DNA of 64,000 nucleotides from Chrysomallon squamiferum (lineage: Eukaryota > Animalia > Mollusca), in assembly GCA_012295275.1 (NCBI GenBank), contig CM022666.1:1736001-1800000 (forward strand), given 5' to 3'. The notes below the pieces were generated by a model. The model did not search any database, was not told the DNA's origin, and was given only the letters and a program-made list of their open reading frames with translations. Each line of letters opens with the position of its first letter. Position 1 is the first letter of the stretch. The position numbers and the translations under genes were made by a program. Positions 13,320 to 61,842 of the stretch are shown in pieces.

Positions 13320-16200
13320 AATGGGTTGCCTTATTTATTTAAATACTCCATCTTTCTTGTCTTTTATGACCGGTGGGGAAATTCGCTATTCTGTGCAAAG
13401 TGTTTTGGATCATGTCTTGGTTGTAGTGCTGAAATTCAGAAAGTTCTGGAAGATTCACTGGAAAGCAAAGGAGAAAGGGAAAACCTGAGGCCTACACTGT
13501 CAGAGTCCACAACATGGAAGCTACTGAGAGATTCCTGGGGTGGGACATGGGTGGGTCTGCCTTTGGGGTACTCAAATGAGTACCTCACTTCCATCATGGG
13601 GTGGAATATAGGAGAGATTTGTATATGGACCCAGCTTTAGTACTTCGAAGAATACCAGCATACAGACCGGTTAAAGAACAGGACAAATTTTTTTTTTTAA
13701 AAAGCCAATACCGTGACAACCGTGAGAAATTCTTGGTTAGGTGCAATGACCAGCTGAGAGGTCACTGTGGACTCCCTGGACACAAGGCTAAAGGGATGCT
13801 GTCCATTCGTCCCTCACCTGGTTTGAGTGTCGGAGGGTTCAAGGCAAATCACTGACTTGAGTGAGCAGGAGGACAACTCTCAGAAAGAAACAAAAGGAAA
13901 GAAAAAGAAAAGGAAAGAAGAAAGAAGAAAAAAGAAGACACAAAAGGAGGAAGACACATCAGTCAATCCCACCACCACCATTGCTATTTACTCAAACTTC
14001 TTCTTTGTGAATATCTGCTAATTTTTATGGTTTATTTTTGAAATTTAGTTAACTGAAGTTGTAAAAAATCGTTTCTCTCGACTTCAGTGCAAATTGAATA
14101 AATCCATTAAAATGCTATTTACTTCTAAATTTATATTCAAAAATTTTAATTTGGGAAAGGCTGGATATTTCAGTTATTAAAACAAAACAAAAAAGATGGT
14201 TTACAGGTAGAATATTTGCCAATACAAAGCTAGCTAAATTCTGCAGCTGAAAATTCTCAACAAATTGTTTTTTGTTTTTTTTTCCATTACAAATGCAGAG
14301 TCACTGACCCATCTGGACTCAAGATCGCGGCATTGAATGACACACAGTTAGGGGTGTTAGAATCTAAAGCTGTCAAAGATAAATATAATTTACATGACGC
14401 ATTCAGGTCTTTGAACCCTGATGGTCACTGTTGCACTTTCTATGATAAGCTATACAAGTCATATTCACTTCCTGAAATGCATGAATGTGCTTAAGTGAAA
14501 TTAAACTGACCACAGACTAGTTCATGAAGACTTTCGAGATGAGCACAAAAAAAGGGCTGTGGGGAGGTTTTGAATAATAGAATTCTTAATGATAATTGTT
14601 GTGCAACATTAGCTGAAAGCTTTCTGGAAATCGTGGCAAGAAAAGAAAAGGGAATGGGGTAAAAAAAAAAAAATTAGTTTTGGTGGGATTTGGGTAAAAA
14701 GTAAAATAAATGTTTAACTACTGACTAATGTAGAAACAACTATCAAACAGAAACAACACATATTAATATTCTAAAAGAAGAAGAAAAAATGTCTCTTAAA
14801 TTTATCCGAAGTTGGACAATTGGATGATGATTCAGAATTATAGATGAGTACAGGAAAATATTAAACAAAATGCACAAAAACAATTACTGGGGGACCAGAA
14901 TTAGGGCCAAAGTTGAAGAAACTGCACAAGGTGAAAGATGCATGTCTTATTTTGTTAATTTAGAAAAAAAAAGAAAAAGGTAATGATAAATTCATGTACT
15001 CTTTAAAATCAGAGGATGGTACAATGATAGAAACACCAGACAGTAGTTTGGTAGAAACTACAAAATTTGTATGAACATCTTTACAAATCAGAAAAGACAG
15101 AGGTTTTGGCTCAAAAGTATTTATAAAAGAAAATGACCAGTACATTAACAGCAAAGACAGGTTATCAAAAGAAGGGGAAATAAATCTTGAAGAAGCCTTT
15201 AATGCTGTTAAATTGTTTCCCAATGAAAAATATCCTGGCTGTGAAGTCTGACAGCCAAGTTTCATCGTAAATGTTTTAAATTAACTGGTAATGACTTAGT
15301 CGATGTGATTAACCAAGATTTTGAGAAATATCAGTTAAGTTTAACAATGTGAAGAAGGGTAACTATTTTAGTTTGGAAGATGAAAGATAAAGAATATATA
15401 AAAAATTGATGCCCTATCTCTTCATTAAACTGCAATTACAAAATCATTACAAAAATACTGACAGGCAGAGTAAGAGATATCTTACCCCAAACTGTTCATT
15501 CAAATCAGAAATGTGGGTTTAATGGCAGATCAACCCATAATGAAGCCACATTGGTAAGAGATTTAACTCAGTATCTCGAGTGTAACAATCTCCAAGGGGA
15601 GTTAATTTCTCTAAATCAAACTGAAGTTCATGACAGGGTAGAATGGGAATTTTTGTTTAAAACTTTTTAGTCATTTTAATTATGGATCTCTCTTCATCAG
15701 AGTGATCAAAACTTGTGGTAATGATATTCAGTCATTTGTGAAAAACAATGGCTTTGACTCTTGACTGGAATTAGACAGGGATGCCTGATCTAAAGTATCT
15801 AATATATTTGGTTTGCTGCAATTTTGGCTTTGCTTGTTAGGAAAGAATCAGAAATTCACAGTATTAAACTGCCAGATAGCTTCAAGAACAGATGGGTTGG
15901 ATGATGGTAATGCAAAGCTATCTGACCTATGTTCGGTAGAGAAATTATTTTCAGTTTTATAAATAAACAAATGTGCTTCTGGTGCTAAAGTCAATCTCGA
16001 CAAAACTTAAGGCTTTTTAATGGGTAAATTCAGGTACTGTAAAGATACTTCACTTGATATAAGATGGAATAATGATAAAAATTAAATATTTGGATAAATT
16101 AAATGTTTCGGATGATAACTGGACACCTGAGATTGAAAAGTTTAGATTAGTATTAAATATTTCTAATACAAGACAATTAACTTTAAAAGGAAAGGTGAGT
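13320..16200 (+). mobile_element. Decayed non-LTR retrotransposon, L1/Tx1 clade (ORF1 zinc-knuckle remnant; ORF2 endonuclease and reverse transcriptase remnants)
   Basis: ORF1-like GHCGLPGHKAKG at about 13760-13800; endonuclease-like LHDAFRSLNPDG..TFY at about 14390; GTRIRAKVEETAQGERCMSYF at about 14890; RT motifs PISSLNCNYKIITKILTGRVRDILPQTVHSNQ...DRVEWEFLFKTF at 15410-15670 and GIRQGCL at about 15770. Many stops and frameshifts. Boundaries approximate. Confidence 0.85.
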
Positions 16201-16259
16201 GTTTAAAACTACTGTAAATTTTACAGTTTAATTTTATGTGAATGATGTAATTCAAATTA

Positions 16260-16710
16260 AATGCTATATTTGAAACAGTTCAGTTTAAAGATAATAATTT
16301 CTAATTTATTAATATCATTTAAAATGAACAAGATATTTTGATTTGGAGTGGAATTAAAAAAGATGTTTCTTTACAGTTTGATTTGTAAAGTAGTTAATTC
16401 AAATTTAGCAGTTTGATTTATAAAACAGTTAATTTGAATTAAACATGGATAGTTTGTATTATTTGTAAACTAGTTAATTCAGTTGTAATAATTCAGTTTA
16501 TGAACTTCATAATGAGAATTAAAAATGACAGTTCAATTTATAAACTTTGTAATTTGAATTAAACATGATAGTTTAATATATAGAGTTCATAACTGAATTT
16601 ATCATCATAGTTCAATTCATAAACTTCATAATTTGAACTAAACATAATAGTTCAATTTATAAACTTCATAATTTGAACTAAACGAATTCACAAAAATTTG
16701 AACTAAACCT
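16260..16710. repeat. About 40-bp degenerate tandem repeat (ATAGTTCAATTTATAAACTTCATAATTTGAACTAAAC-like) just downstream of the filamin stop codon
   Basis: Near-identical units at 16607-16685, decaying toward lower coordinates. Confidence 0.75.
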
Positions 16711-16769
16711 GAAAGCTCACACTTTTACACAACGTACTTCGAATCAACCAGGATAACTCGAGTCATTCG

Positions 16770-48858
<32,089 letters not shown>

Positions 48859-49084
48859 GGCCTTTGTGTGTGGGGGGTGGAGGAGAGACAAGAGGGATGT
48901 TTGTTGAAGACGTAACCTTCGTTCGTTTACGGTTGTGTTAGAACATTGCCTCGCGTGTCAAGTGCGCGCTGTCGTTTCATTGCGTCTGGTCTGATCTAAA
49001 CTGACTGACTGAACGATGTTTGTCCCGCAGGTGTAAGTGTGACTTGGTTTGTGGATCAATCGACAATCGAATCCGAGATAAGCG

Positions 49085-49160
49085 ACATTCCAATGGGCGG
49101 AGTTTATTGCGTTGTGTTTCTGTAAGCCGTAGCGCGGTTTATCAGCAGACGTCATAATAC

Positions 49161-49170
<10 letters not shown>
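49085..49170 (-). promoter_or_regulatory. Candidate filamin promoter elements: CCAAT, GC box, CRE-like GACGTCAT, YY1-like CGCCATTTT
   Basis: CCAATGGGCGG at 49090-49100, GACGTCAT at 49148-49155 and CGCCATTTT at 49160-49168, in a CpG-richer patch about 230-310 bp upstream of the ATG at 48858. Confidence 0.4.
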
Positions 49171-49192
<22 letters not shown>

Positions 49193-50504
49193 CTTTCTTT
49201 CTTCCGTGTTGGTTCGTTTCGTTTCGTTTTTCTTTTCAGTGTTTTACTTTCTAAGATATATTGGCCCTTGTGTTAATATATATATAGCTTTATATTGCTA
49301 TAAATTATAATAATTATGATTAGTAAACTGCTACACGACATCAACATTCATACAGTTTATTCTGTTATAAATTATATTAAAATGACTAAATTGCTATACG
49401 ATTTTTAAAACAGTTATTGTCCCATAAATTATAACTGGCTTTAATTGCTTTACTAGGCATTTTATATTATTAGTAGTAGTATTACTACTACTACTACTAC
49501 TGCTAAAAATAAAATTATCATAAATAATCAACAGAGTTGTTATAAATAAAAGGAATAAGGTATGTAACATTGTTCAACATCGGATAAAGATATATATTCT
49601 GTGGTCTCTCTATTTTGTCTGTCTGCATGCATGTCTGTATGTGTGTGTGTGTGTGTGGATGTATGTATATATAACGTTCGTTTATATATGTATGTGTATG
49701 TTTTTATGTTTATAGCTACATATACATATATCAGAATAAGTTAATTTACTGCTGTTGTTTCAGATCCTGGATATGAAAACCAAGAAACTAATTAAAAAGC
49801 TACCTGTTTTAATACCTGTTATAGATATAGTAATCTAATTTGTGTAAGACATCAACATAGCGTCCATTATGTGGCACCGCTATTGCTGTGAGTAAAACCG
49901 TAAGATTAAAAGTTAAGAGTTATACAAAAAATCTTTAGAAAGAAAATAAATGCTGTTTACATATTGTTATTTTATTTTATATTATGTTATATTACTTTTT
50001 CATTACAAAATTTCTTTTTTTAGTTAGTTTTATTTTGATTATTTTAATTTATCTTGGACTAAAAGGTAATAAATGCTGTTTATCATATTGTAATCTTATT
50101 TATGTTATGTTACAGACACATACACCACAAAACATTAAATGGATTTACACGGATTTACATTCTCATATTTTAGTTAGTAAATGTATATTTACATTGGTTA
50201 TAAATTTATATATTTCATACATTTTTAATTTTTCTGGACTGTTACACACACACAAAAGGACACACAAGATACACTCACACACACAGATACACACCCAACA
50301 CAGATACACACACACTCTATCAGATGTATCTGATGCAAACATATGATATGTATATACAGATACACACACAGACACCAGAGAAAACATATATATGGACGAT
50401 ACACGGACATTCTCACATACACACACACATACACTCACACATACATTCATGCATACACACATTCACACAGATACACACATTCGTTCACACACACACACAT
50501 ATAG

Positions 50505-50539
<35 letters not shown>

Positions 50540-51554
50540 TACACACACACACACACACACACAGATACACACACATTGTTACCATATTTTCGAGCCTTGT
50601 CAGCGGATTCTGACTGGGTGTGTCAGATCGTGTTTGGACTTTGTCCTGTGTCAGTTCATTCCCGAGTATTGGCTATCTGCAAAGTCTAATCAGACGTACA
50701 TTCCTGAATATATAAATAAACACATGCACACATACAACGTACGTACGTACGTACATATATACATACATACACATACATGTGCAAATATATATTTAACATT
50801 TATAAATATATAAATATATAATATATATAAAATATATCAATGATACACGAATTCTAATACTTCCTTCGCTGTAACGTATGAAATATGACAATTAATACTT
50901 AAAGAGTTATCTCCCATTAACTATAATTTAAAAAGATTAGTTGAAAAAATTAAAATTTAATATCTAAACGAAGCAATATTTTGAAACAATGCAGTGTCTG
51001 TATATCGGATTTTTTTAAACCATAAAATAAAATGAGATAGTATATTATGTATATTGCTTCGTTCCAAAGCAAAATATAATCATAAATACACAAAATAAAT
51101 TTTCATAATAAATTTTATTTACATATTTGTTGCAGATACAAAATGTTGGCTATGTTATAATTGTGCTACTACTACTACTACAATAATAATAATAATAATA
51201 ATAACAACAATAATAACAATAACAATAATAATAATAATAATAATAATATATATATATATATATATACATATATATATTATTATTATTATTATAAAAAATT
51301 ATAATATTGATGATGATGATGATGATGATGATGATATAACAACTGCAATAATGGTAGTGGTAGTAGTATTAGTAGTAGTACCAGAAGAAGAAGTATAGAT
51401 GTGATAAATTTCATTCTTATAATGTTTTGAAGAAATATCAAGTAATGTATGACATCATTAGGAGTATATTAAAATACAGTTGACCTGAAAATATATAATA
51501 AATTGTTACTAAATTGTTAACATTTGGTATTAATATTAATATAATTAAATCAAT

Positions 51555-51585
<31 letters not shown>

Positions 51586-51675
51586 ATTATAAACAAACAA
51601 AGAATGAAAAACAAAAGAAAGAAGATGACAGTGAGAATGAAAGAATGAAAAACGGAAAGAATGATGGATAGATGC

Positions 51676-51774
<99 letters not shown>

Positions 51775-51940
51775 ACACACCAAAGTTATCATTAGACGTT
51801 ATAATTATTTAAGTCTTTTGACTTGCAAATACATTTAAATCGTTCGAGTTCTAATCAGTCTTGCTCACTATAAATAGAACTCAAGAAAACGCTAATGCTT
51901 CTGTAATCGTTACATCTGTTGCAGACGTAGACGCTGCTGT

Positions 51941-54600
<2,660 letters not shown>

Positions 54601-55068
54601 AACTGATGTAAGAACAGAACCAAACGATATCCTTCCTTTTCTTCTTCTTTATTTTTTATATTTTTATTTTATTTTTATTTATGTTTCCAAGCCTAAACGT
54701 CACATTTTTAAAAGCAAACCCTTCCTCTTGTGAAGCCGTAATATATTCCAAACAACCAATTTTGTTCTTTCGTTTGACAATGTGTGTTTATTTTCGTACG
54801 TAACACTTGGGTCTGGCGAAGCGACAATAAAACAACAAGTGAAGACAAGGCGTTTAGAAAGTAGCATGTCACCCGGGTTGTCGCTTCCAGCGCTGTGTGT
54901 GTTTTTTTGTGTGTTTGGAAAAAAAAAAAAAAAAGAGGTCAGAACAACTTGACAGCAGAACTCGTGAACGTCTGGTGTCACTCTTATTTGTTTTGACATT
55001 CCATGACGTTCATTTTTGTAATGCGAATAACATTAATTTTATTGTCTTGTTCTTGTTCTTGTTTTTCG

Positions 55069-55099
<31 letters not shown>

Positions 55100-55181
55100 A
55101 TTTTTTCTTATTAAGTTTATTATTTTTGTTGTTTTGGTTTTTGTTGTTGTTATTATTATTTTTATTATTATTTATTTTTTG

Positions 55182-55212
<31 letters not shown>

Positions 55213-55241
55213 TTCATTCATTTTATTTATTTATTTTATTA

Positions 55242-55272
<31 letters not shown>

Positions 55273-55384
55273 TATTTTGGGGGGTGCGGATACCTTTTTT
55301 TCTTTTTTGGTGAATTATTTTTATTTTATTTATCTTATTTTATTTATTTATTTATTTATTATTTCTATTTTCAAAATGTATTTA

Positions 55385-55451
<67 letters not shown>

Positions 55452-55772
55452 TTTGTTGTTCTTGTTTTTACTTTGACTTTGAAACTGTAATAAGCAAAGA
55501 TGTCATAATCTCTTATTTTTCTTATCAATTTGCATTCATTTAACTATCTCTAGTGGGCATAAAAAAAGAGCCTGCATTGAGAAGATTTGATCCTATGACC
55601 TGTCGCGTATATCACCAGCACTGTAACCTACGTACATGATCCTGCTCTCTCTCAGATAAAGAGAACAATGAGTTCCTTGTCTACACAGTCGTCGCAATTA
55701 ATGACTGCTGCAAATATAATGTCACATATCACGTGGATTTCTGTTTTAAGAAATAATGTACAAGTATGTATA

Positions 55773-55862
<90 letters not shown>

Positions 55863-56411
55863 CATCTATCTACCTTAATACGTAATATATTCATTGAACA
55901 TTAAGAACGGATATTTGCATTAAAATAAAAAAAAATTTTTATTTTATTTGTGACTTAACATAAAAAATGCATTCACACATACATACATACATACATACAC
56001 AAACATACATACGACCGATGCAACGACCAAAGCAATACAGAAATAAACGTGTTTCTCTTGCTAAAAATATATTTTCAGAGCTATGACGTCATCAACGTAA
56101 TTTAAATCGGCACGTGCACAGCGTTCCGATATTGAAACATTAATCCTGCTTAATTTTTATTATAAGATTTTTGATACTTGTAATGGAAGTAGGATTGACG
56201 TTTTCCTGTGAACGTAAGTAAAACGTTTTTAAAAAAAATCGCCTATTTTGCTTACAGAGGTAATATTCAGTTTCTCTTCTGAGTTCAGTTTGAACGCGAA
56301 TAAACGCTGTCTTTTCAAATCTGACGAACGCCCTCCGAAAAACGCTGTACTGAGTATTTCTATTCTTGGAAGTTATTTTCGGAAATCTCCGGCAATTTCC
56401 GTTTCTTTAAG

Positions 56412-56455
56412 AATCCGCGAAATATATATGTGAAGATGTAGGTTTTATGATATAT

Positions 56456-56538
<83 letters not shown>

Positions 56539-56779
56539 CTCTGACACTTATACACATAACCGTAAACACACACTCTTGACTCAGTTCCTTGTGTGTGCAC
56601 AAATAAATGCACGCATGCACACACAAAATTACTCAAGCTAATTCCTTAAATTATTTTCAGGTTGTATTTTATTTTATTCCGATGTTGAACAACAGCTGGA
56701 TCCGTTGAAGACGTGGATAACTGAACTGAACACTGCAGTCAAAAGAGAAATGAAGGTATAGTGATTAGAAGTAAACATA

Positions 56780-56811
<32 letters not shown>

Positions 56812-58055
56812 ATAATAATTATAGTAATAGTAATAGCAGTAGTACTAGTAGTAATAATAATACTAGTTCTAATAGTAGTAGTAGTAGTACAAGTAGTAGT
56901 AATAGCACTAGTAGTAGTAATAATAGTATAAAGTACTATAATAATAGTAATAGTAGTAGTAGCAGTAGTAGTAGTAGTAATAGAAATACTAGTAATAGTA
57001 TTAGTAGTTGTAATAGCAGTTGTGGTAGTAATAATAGTAGTAGCAGCAGTAGTTGTAGTAGTAATAGCAGCAGTAGTAGTAGTAGCAGTTGTAGTTGTAG
57101 CAGTATAGTAGTAATAATAGTGATAGTAATAATAGTAGTAATAATAGTGATAGTAATAACAGTAGTAATAATTGTAGTTGTAATAATAGCAGTAGTTGTA
57201 GTAGTAGTAGCAGTAATAGTAGTAACAGTAGTAGTAATAGTAGTAATAGTGGTAGTAGTAATTGTAGTAGTAGTAGAATTAGTAATAACTGGAGCAGTAG
57301 TACTGGCTGCGGGGTTTTGGTACTAGTAGTAGCGATAGTTATAGTTCAAGTAGCAGTAGTAGTAGCAACAGCAACAGCAATAGTAGTCGCACTGTAATAG
57401 CAACAGTAGTTGCAGTAGTCGTGGTATTGCTGTTCATAACAGAAGATACGACGATGATGATGATGATGATGCTATTAATCAAAATAATAGAAGTAATTAT
57501 TATATTAAATATGACGATGATGATAACGATGATGACAATGATGATGATGACATTATTTCTGTAATAGTGTAGACAGCCACACTAGGTATAATTAATTAGC
57601 TCGCGGTCACGTGATTCTAAGCGGGTCAGGTTATTCTACGTTTGATTTATTCGCGACCTTGTCTGAAAGGGCGGAGACGCGGAAAAGGACACAAAGCAAG
57701 ATTTATCGTGTTCCTGTTTTTGTTGATTCATTTTATTTTATTATTACTACTTTAATCTATTCTTATTTTATATTTATTTATTTGTTTATTTATTTTATTT
57801 TATTTTATTTTATTTTATTTTTTTTATTATTTATTATTATTATTAGTAATAGTAGTAGTAGTAGTTGTAGTAGTAGTTTTGTCTCTACGGCTAAATTGAA
57901 AAACAAATTTTTAAATTACTCATTTTTAATGGCTAGAATATCCATTTTATAACAATTCCGATTCTTTTTTATTTTTTTATTTTTTAAATTTTTTTTATCT
58001 TCATTCCTTGAATATGGTGAGAAGTAATAGTTATTATGTATCAGTAATAGTTATA

Positions 58056-58092
<37 letters not shown>

Positions 58093-58723
58093 GTGCAGCA
58101 GTAGTGCAAGCAGTAATAACAGCAACAGTAGCAGTATTACTAATCGGAGTAATAGTACTAGAAGTACAGTGGCAGTAGTAGTGCTAATTGTAGTATCAGC
58201 AGCAGTAATGGTAGCAGTAAAAGTAGTAGTAGCAGCAGTAGTAACAGTAAAAGTAGTAGTAGCAGTAAAAGTAGTAGTAGCAGCAGCAACAACAAAAAGG
58301 TCAATTTTTCTTTCCACATTTTAAAAAACAAAAATATATATTTTTGTTTTCGTCTGGCAGGACGTGAAAGACCCAGAATCAATCCGAATCCTCTTGTCGC
58401 TGAAGAAAGCCATCAGAGACGCGCACGGCATCCTCGACAACGTCACAACGAACCAACCGCTGAACGACGACGTCGACATCGACAGGGTCGCCCTGTTCAG
58501 GACGAAGTGCCGCGTCCTGCTCTACAAAGAACAGTACCAGCTGATGAAGGCGCTGTGGCCCACGGTTTGGTCCAAACAGCAGGTTTCCCCCGGCAAGACG
58601 AAAGCCAGGCGGTTGATTGTGGCTCTGTGCGGGGTCTGCTCGTCTCTCGTGAAGAACCACCACGGGATGCAAGGCAGACAGCAGCAGCCATATCAGAAGA
58701 ACGATTTTCTTTTGGGGAGATAA
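56412..58723 (+). CDS. Uncharacterised protein, probably helical; exons 56661-56755 and 58361-58723, possible microexon 56412-56441; 5' end unresolved
   Basis: TTTTCAG|GTTGT acceptor, AAG|GTATAG donor and GGCAG|GAC acceptor join in frame: CILFYSDVEQQLDPLKTWITELNTAVKREMK|DVKDPESIRILLSLKKAIRDAHGILD...LIVALCGVCSSLVKNH...NDFLLGR*. The last exon is a GC-rich island in AT-rich DNA. Confidence 0.65.
56780..57420. repeat. Long imperfect (AGT/AAT/AGC)n trinucleotide tract in an intron
   Basis: Read directly from the sequence. Confidence 0.9.
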
Positions 58724-58892
58724 CTGAAATCTGCATTTTTTTTTTTTTTTTTTTTTTTTTTTTGTATTTTTTTTTTAAAATTGTTATTGTTATTATTATT
58801 ATGATTGTGATTATTATTATGATTATTATTATTATTACTATTATTATTATTTTTTTATTATTATTATAATTTTATTATTTTATTATTATTAA

Positions 58893-58938
<46 letters not shown>

Positions 58939-59081
58939 ATTGTTATTATTATTTTTATTATTATTATTATTACTATTACTGCATCTTATATGAAAGAGAC
59001 ATTATTATTATTTTTTATTTATTTTTCTCTCTCTTCCGTGAAAAAGTTAATAATTTTGCAGGCAAAACATTAAATGACACC

Positions 59082-59137
<56 letters not shown>

Positions 59138-59805
59138 GAACGTATGTGTGTGTATATATATATAGAAGAAGACGAACAAGAAGAAGAGGAAAAAGGTGAA
59201 GAAGAACAATTGTAATAAGAACAAAGAAATATATCAAAGAGAACAACAACAAAAATAAAGAGACAGAACAATAAAAATTATATTTATTATATATAAAATA
59301 TATAAACTATATATATACATATATTTGATCTCGTAAAAAAGATTATTGCTACACACAAAAAAGATAAAAACTGCTATGCTTTATTGTACCAGTTATAAAA
59401 ACAATCTTCAAGCTAACGTTAGAAATATTAATGATTATATGTTGTGAATGATAAGTACATATATACACACACGCATACACATACACACATATACACATAT
59501 ATATACAATAATAATAATATGTACTTATAAATTATTATTTTATTAGCGATCAAACTTTACAGATAAAAAAGCTATAACATAAAATGATACTACTGCAGTG
59601 ATCGTGACGTCATATCATAGATTTGTATGAAAAATTATATTTGGCTGAAAGGTTTGTTGACGAAATTACTGTAGAATGTTTTCATTATCCACAAGTTAAA
59701 ACGAAGAATATGTTTGTAAACGAAAGCGATACCAATGTATATGTAATTATTATTTCTGAAAGAAATCCACTTCATTATGTTAATGAAGTACCATGATGAC
59801 ATCAT

Positions 59806-59848
<43 letters not shown>

Positions 59849-59875
59849 CTTCTTCTTCTTCTTCTTCTTCTTCTG

Positions 59876-59952
<77 letters not shown>

Positions 59953-60334
59953 TTTATTTATTAAATATTTTAGTGTCATACTTTATTCTTAACAAAGATA
60001 TAGATCTTTAGTTACAAAATTAAATTCATGGAACAACAAAAAGTGCAAATTTAAGCTATTTGAAGGATAAAATATATTATCATTTATAAACAGAAAAACA
60101 AAATATCACTCGTACACTAAATAATATTCCAAGAGACATAAAAATTTAATATTATTTCTGTTTGTCATTTTAAAAAATAGTTATATCGTTCTGGTGACGA
60201 TACAGTTTTCTGTAAAATGATTCAGAGTTTACAATGCACAGTTTTATAAATATGTTAAAAACATACAGAAACACACTTTCAACCTACTGATTTAATTTTT
60301 TCTCTAAACTTCCGAAAAACACATGAATTCGTGA

Positions 60335-60673
60335 TGCGAAATATATTACATTGATATGACGTCATTACGTGACGTAATGAACACGCTAATAGCTTTATAC
60401 AAACTTTATATTCGATATAAACGGTATAACACTAATATGACGCAACAACTGCACCAAAACCTGTACATACAATCCTTATTCGATACAAAAAATATATCAC
60501 ATTCATAATGACGTCACTACATGACGTAATGAACACGCTAATACTTTTTACATAAAAATGTATATTCGGTACAAAATATATAACACTAATATTACACTAA
60601 AACTTTCACATACAGTTCTTATTCGAAACAAAAAAATATATTACATTCATATAACGCCACTACATGACGTAAT
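60335..60673. repeat. About 150-bp imperfect tandem repeat (roughly 2.3 copies) with TGACGTCA/TGACGTAA motifs, abutting the stop codon of the Ig-chitin-binding gene
   Basis: Units begin near 60339, 60490 and 60634 (AATATATTACATT...ATGACGTCA...ATGACGTAATGAACACGCTAATA). Confidence 0.75.
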
Positions 60674-61394
60674 TTAACGACTAAGCTTCCCTATGTCGCA
60701 GAACGCTAGAGTTTTATTAAAGGTGCAAGGACCGTCCTGCAGTGTGAAGTACGTTCCACCAGGACAGGCCTGGGCAACAGCCATGTCGTTGATGCACCAG
60801 GAATAGGATGTACAGGATTCAAAAAGAGGTGTGTAGCTTCCCGTGATCTTTCCCACACACGTGAAAATATCACTGTCACGGCTAGCTTCTGTACCTTTGG
60901 AAATAGAAGAGTTATGTTATGCGTGTACTGTTTAAGGAATAATAATGAATAACTATTGTTATTATTAATCTGAAATTGTATGTGTGTGTGTGTGTGTGTG
61001 TATGTATATATATATATATATATAAGGGTAAAAGAAAAATGATATTAATAATTGTTATTATTGTTTCTGATATAATTTTTGTTATTATTTTTTATTTTAT
61101 TATTATTATTAATGAAGGAAGGAAGAAAATCTTGCGAAATTTTCAAGTATTACGTATGATGTCAGTCGTTCTCTTAGAAATTGTCTATAATCTATGAAAA
61201 TACGTCATCAAGATAGAGTGAAAATTTTAATTTTAATGATTCAGTAATAGGTGAAATAATATATGTCAAATAACCAGCTAAATTTCAGGTATATAATATA
61301 TTTCGTGACATTTTCATGATTATCCGTAATTCCTGAGTAAATCAGACATTACACCTAATAGTTGAAAAATGCAGGGATTGTGCATTTTCCCTGT

Positions 61395-61437
<43 letters not shown>

Positions 61438-61810
61438 GTGTCTCTGTGTGTGCGTAACAGAGAGCATATTTCAAAGTTTCACTTATCAAAATATTTGTAA
61501 TGATACATAAGATACACCAATACCATATACACATAAATATACGTTATCTTAGTCTATCAAGTAATTTTATTATATGGTAAAACAGCTGATCGATAAGTTA
61601 AATAAAATCTAGATATTAAAAATTAAACTAAACTGTTGGTAAATAAAACAAAATAACTGCAAAACGTTTATGTTAGTGAAATAAATACATTAAGCAAAAA
61701 ATATTTAAAATGAATATCTATTTCAAATATCTCTTCAAAACTGTTAACTAAAATTTTACAAAAATGCAGGCAAAAAAAAAAACGGCAACTAAAAAGCACT
61801 ATTATAAATT

Positions 61811-61842
<32 letters not shown>

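Noticed and set aside
55545-55650. Possible tRNA-derived SINE head (GATTTGATCCTATGACCT, reverse B-box-like)
   Set aside because: Too degenerate; no cloverleaf or A box could be supported.
55658-55763. Candidate first exon of the plus-strand orphan gene (MSSLSTQ...NNVQ|GTATGT)
   Set aside because: Its phase 0 donor does not match the phase 1 start of the downstream exons without unverified microexons.
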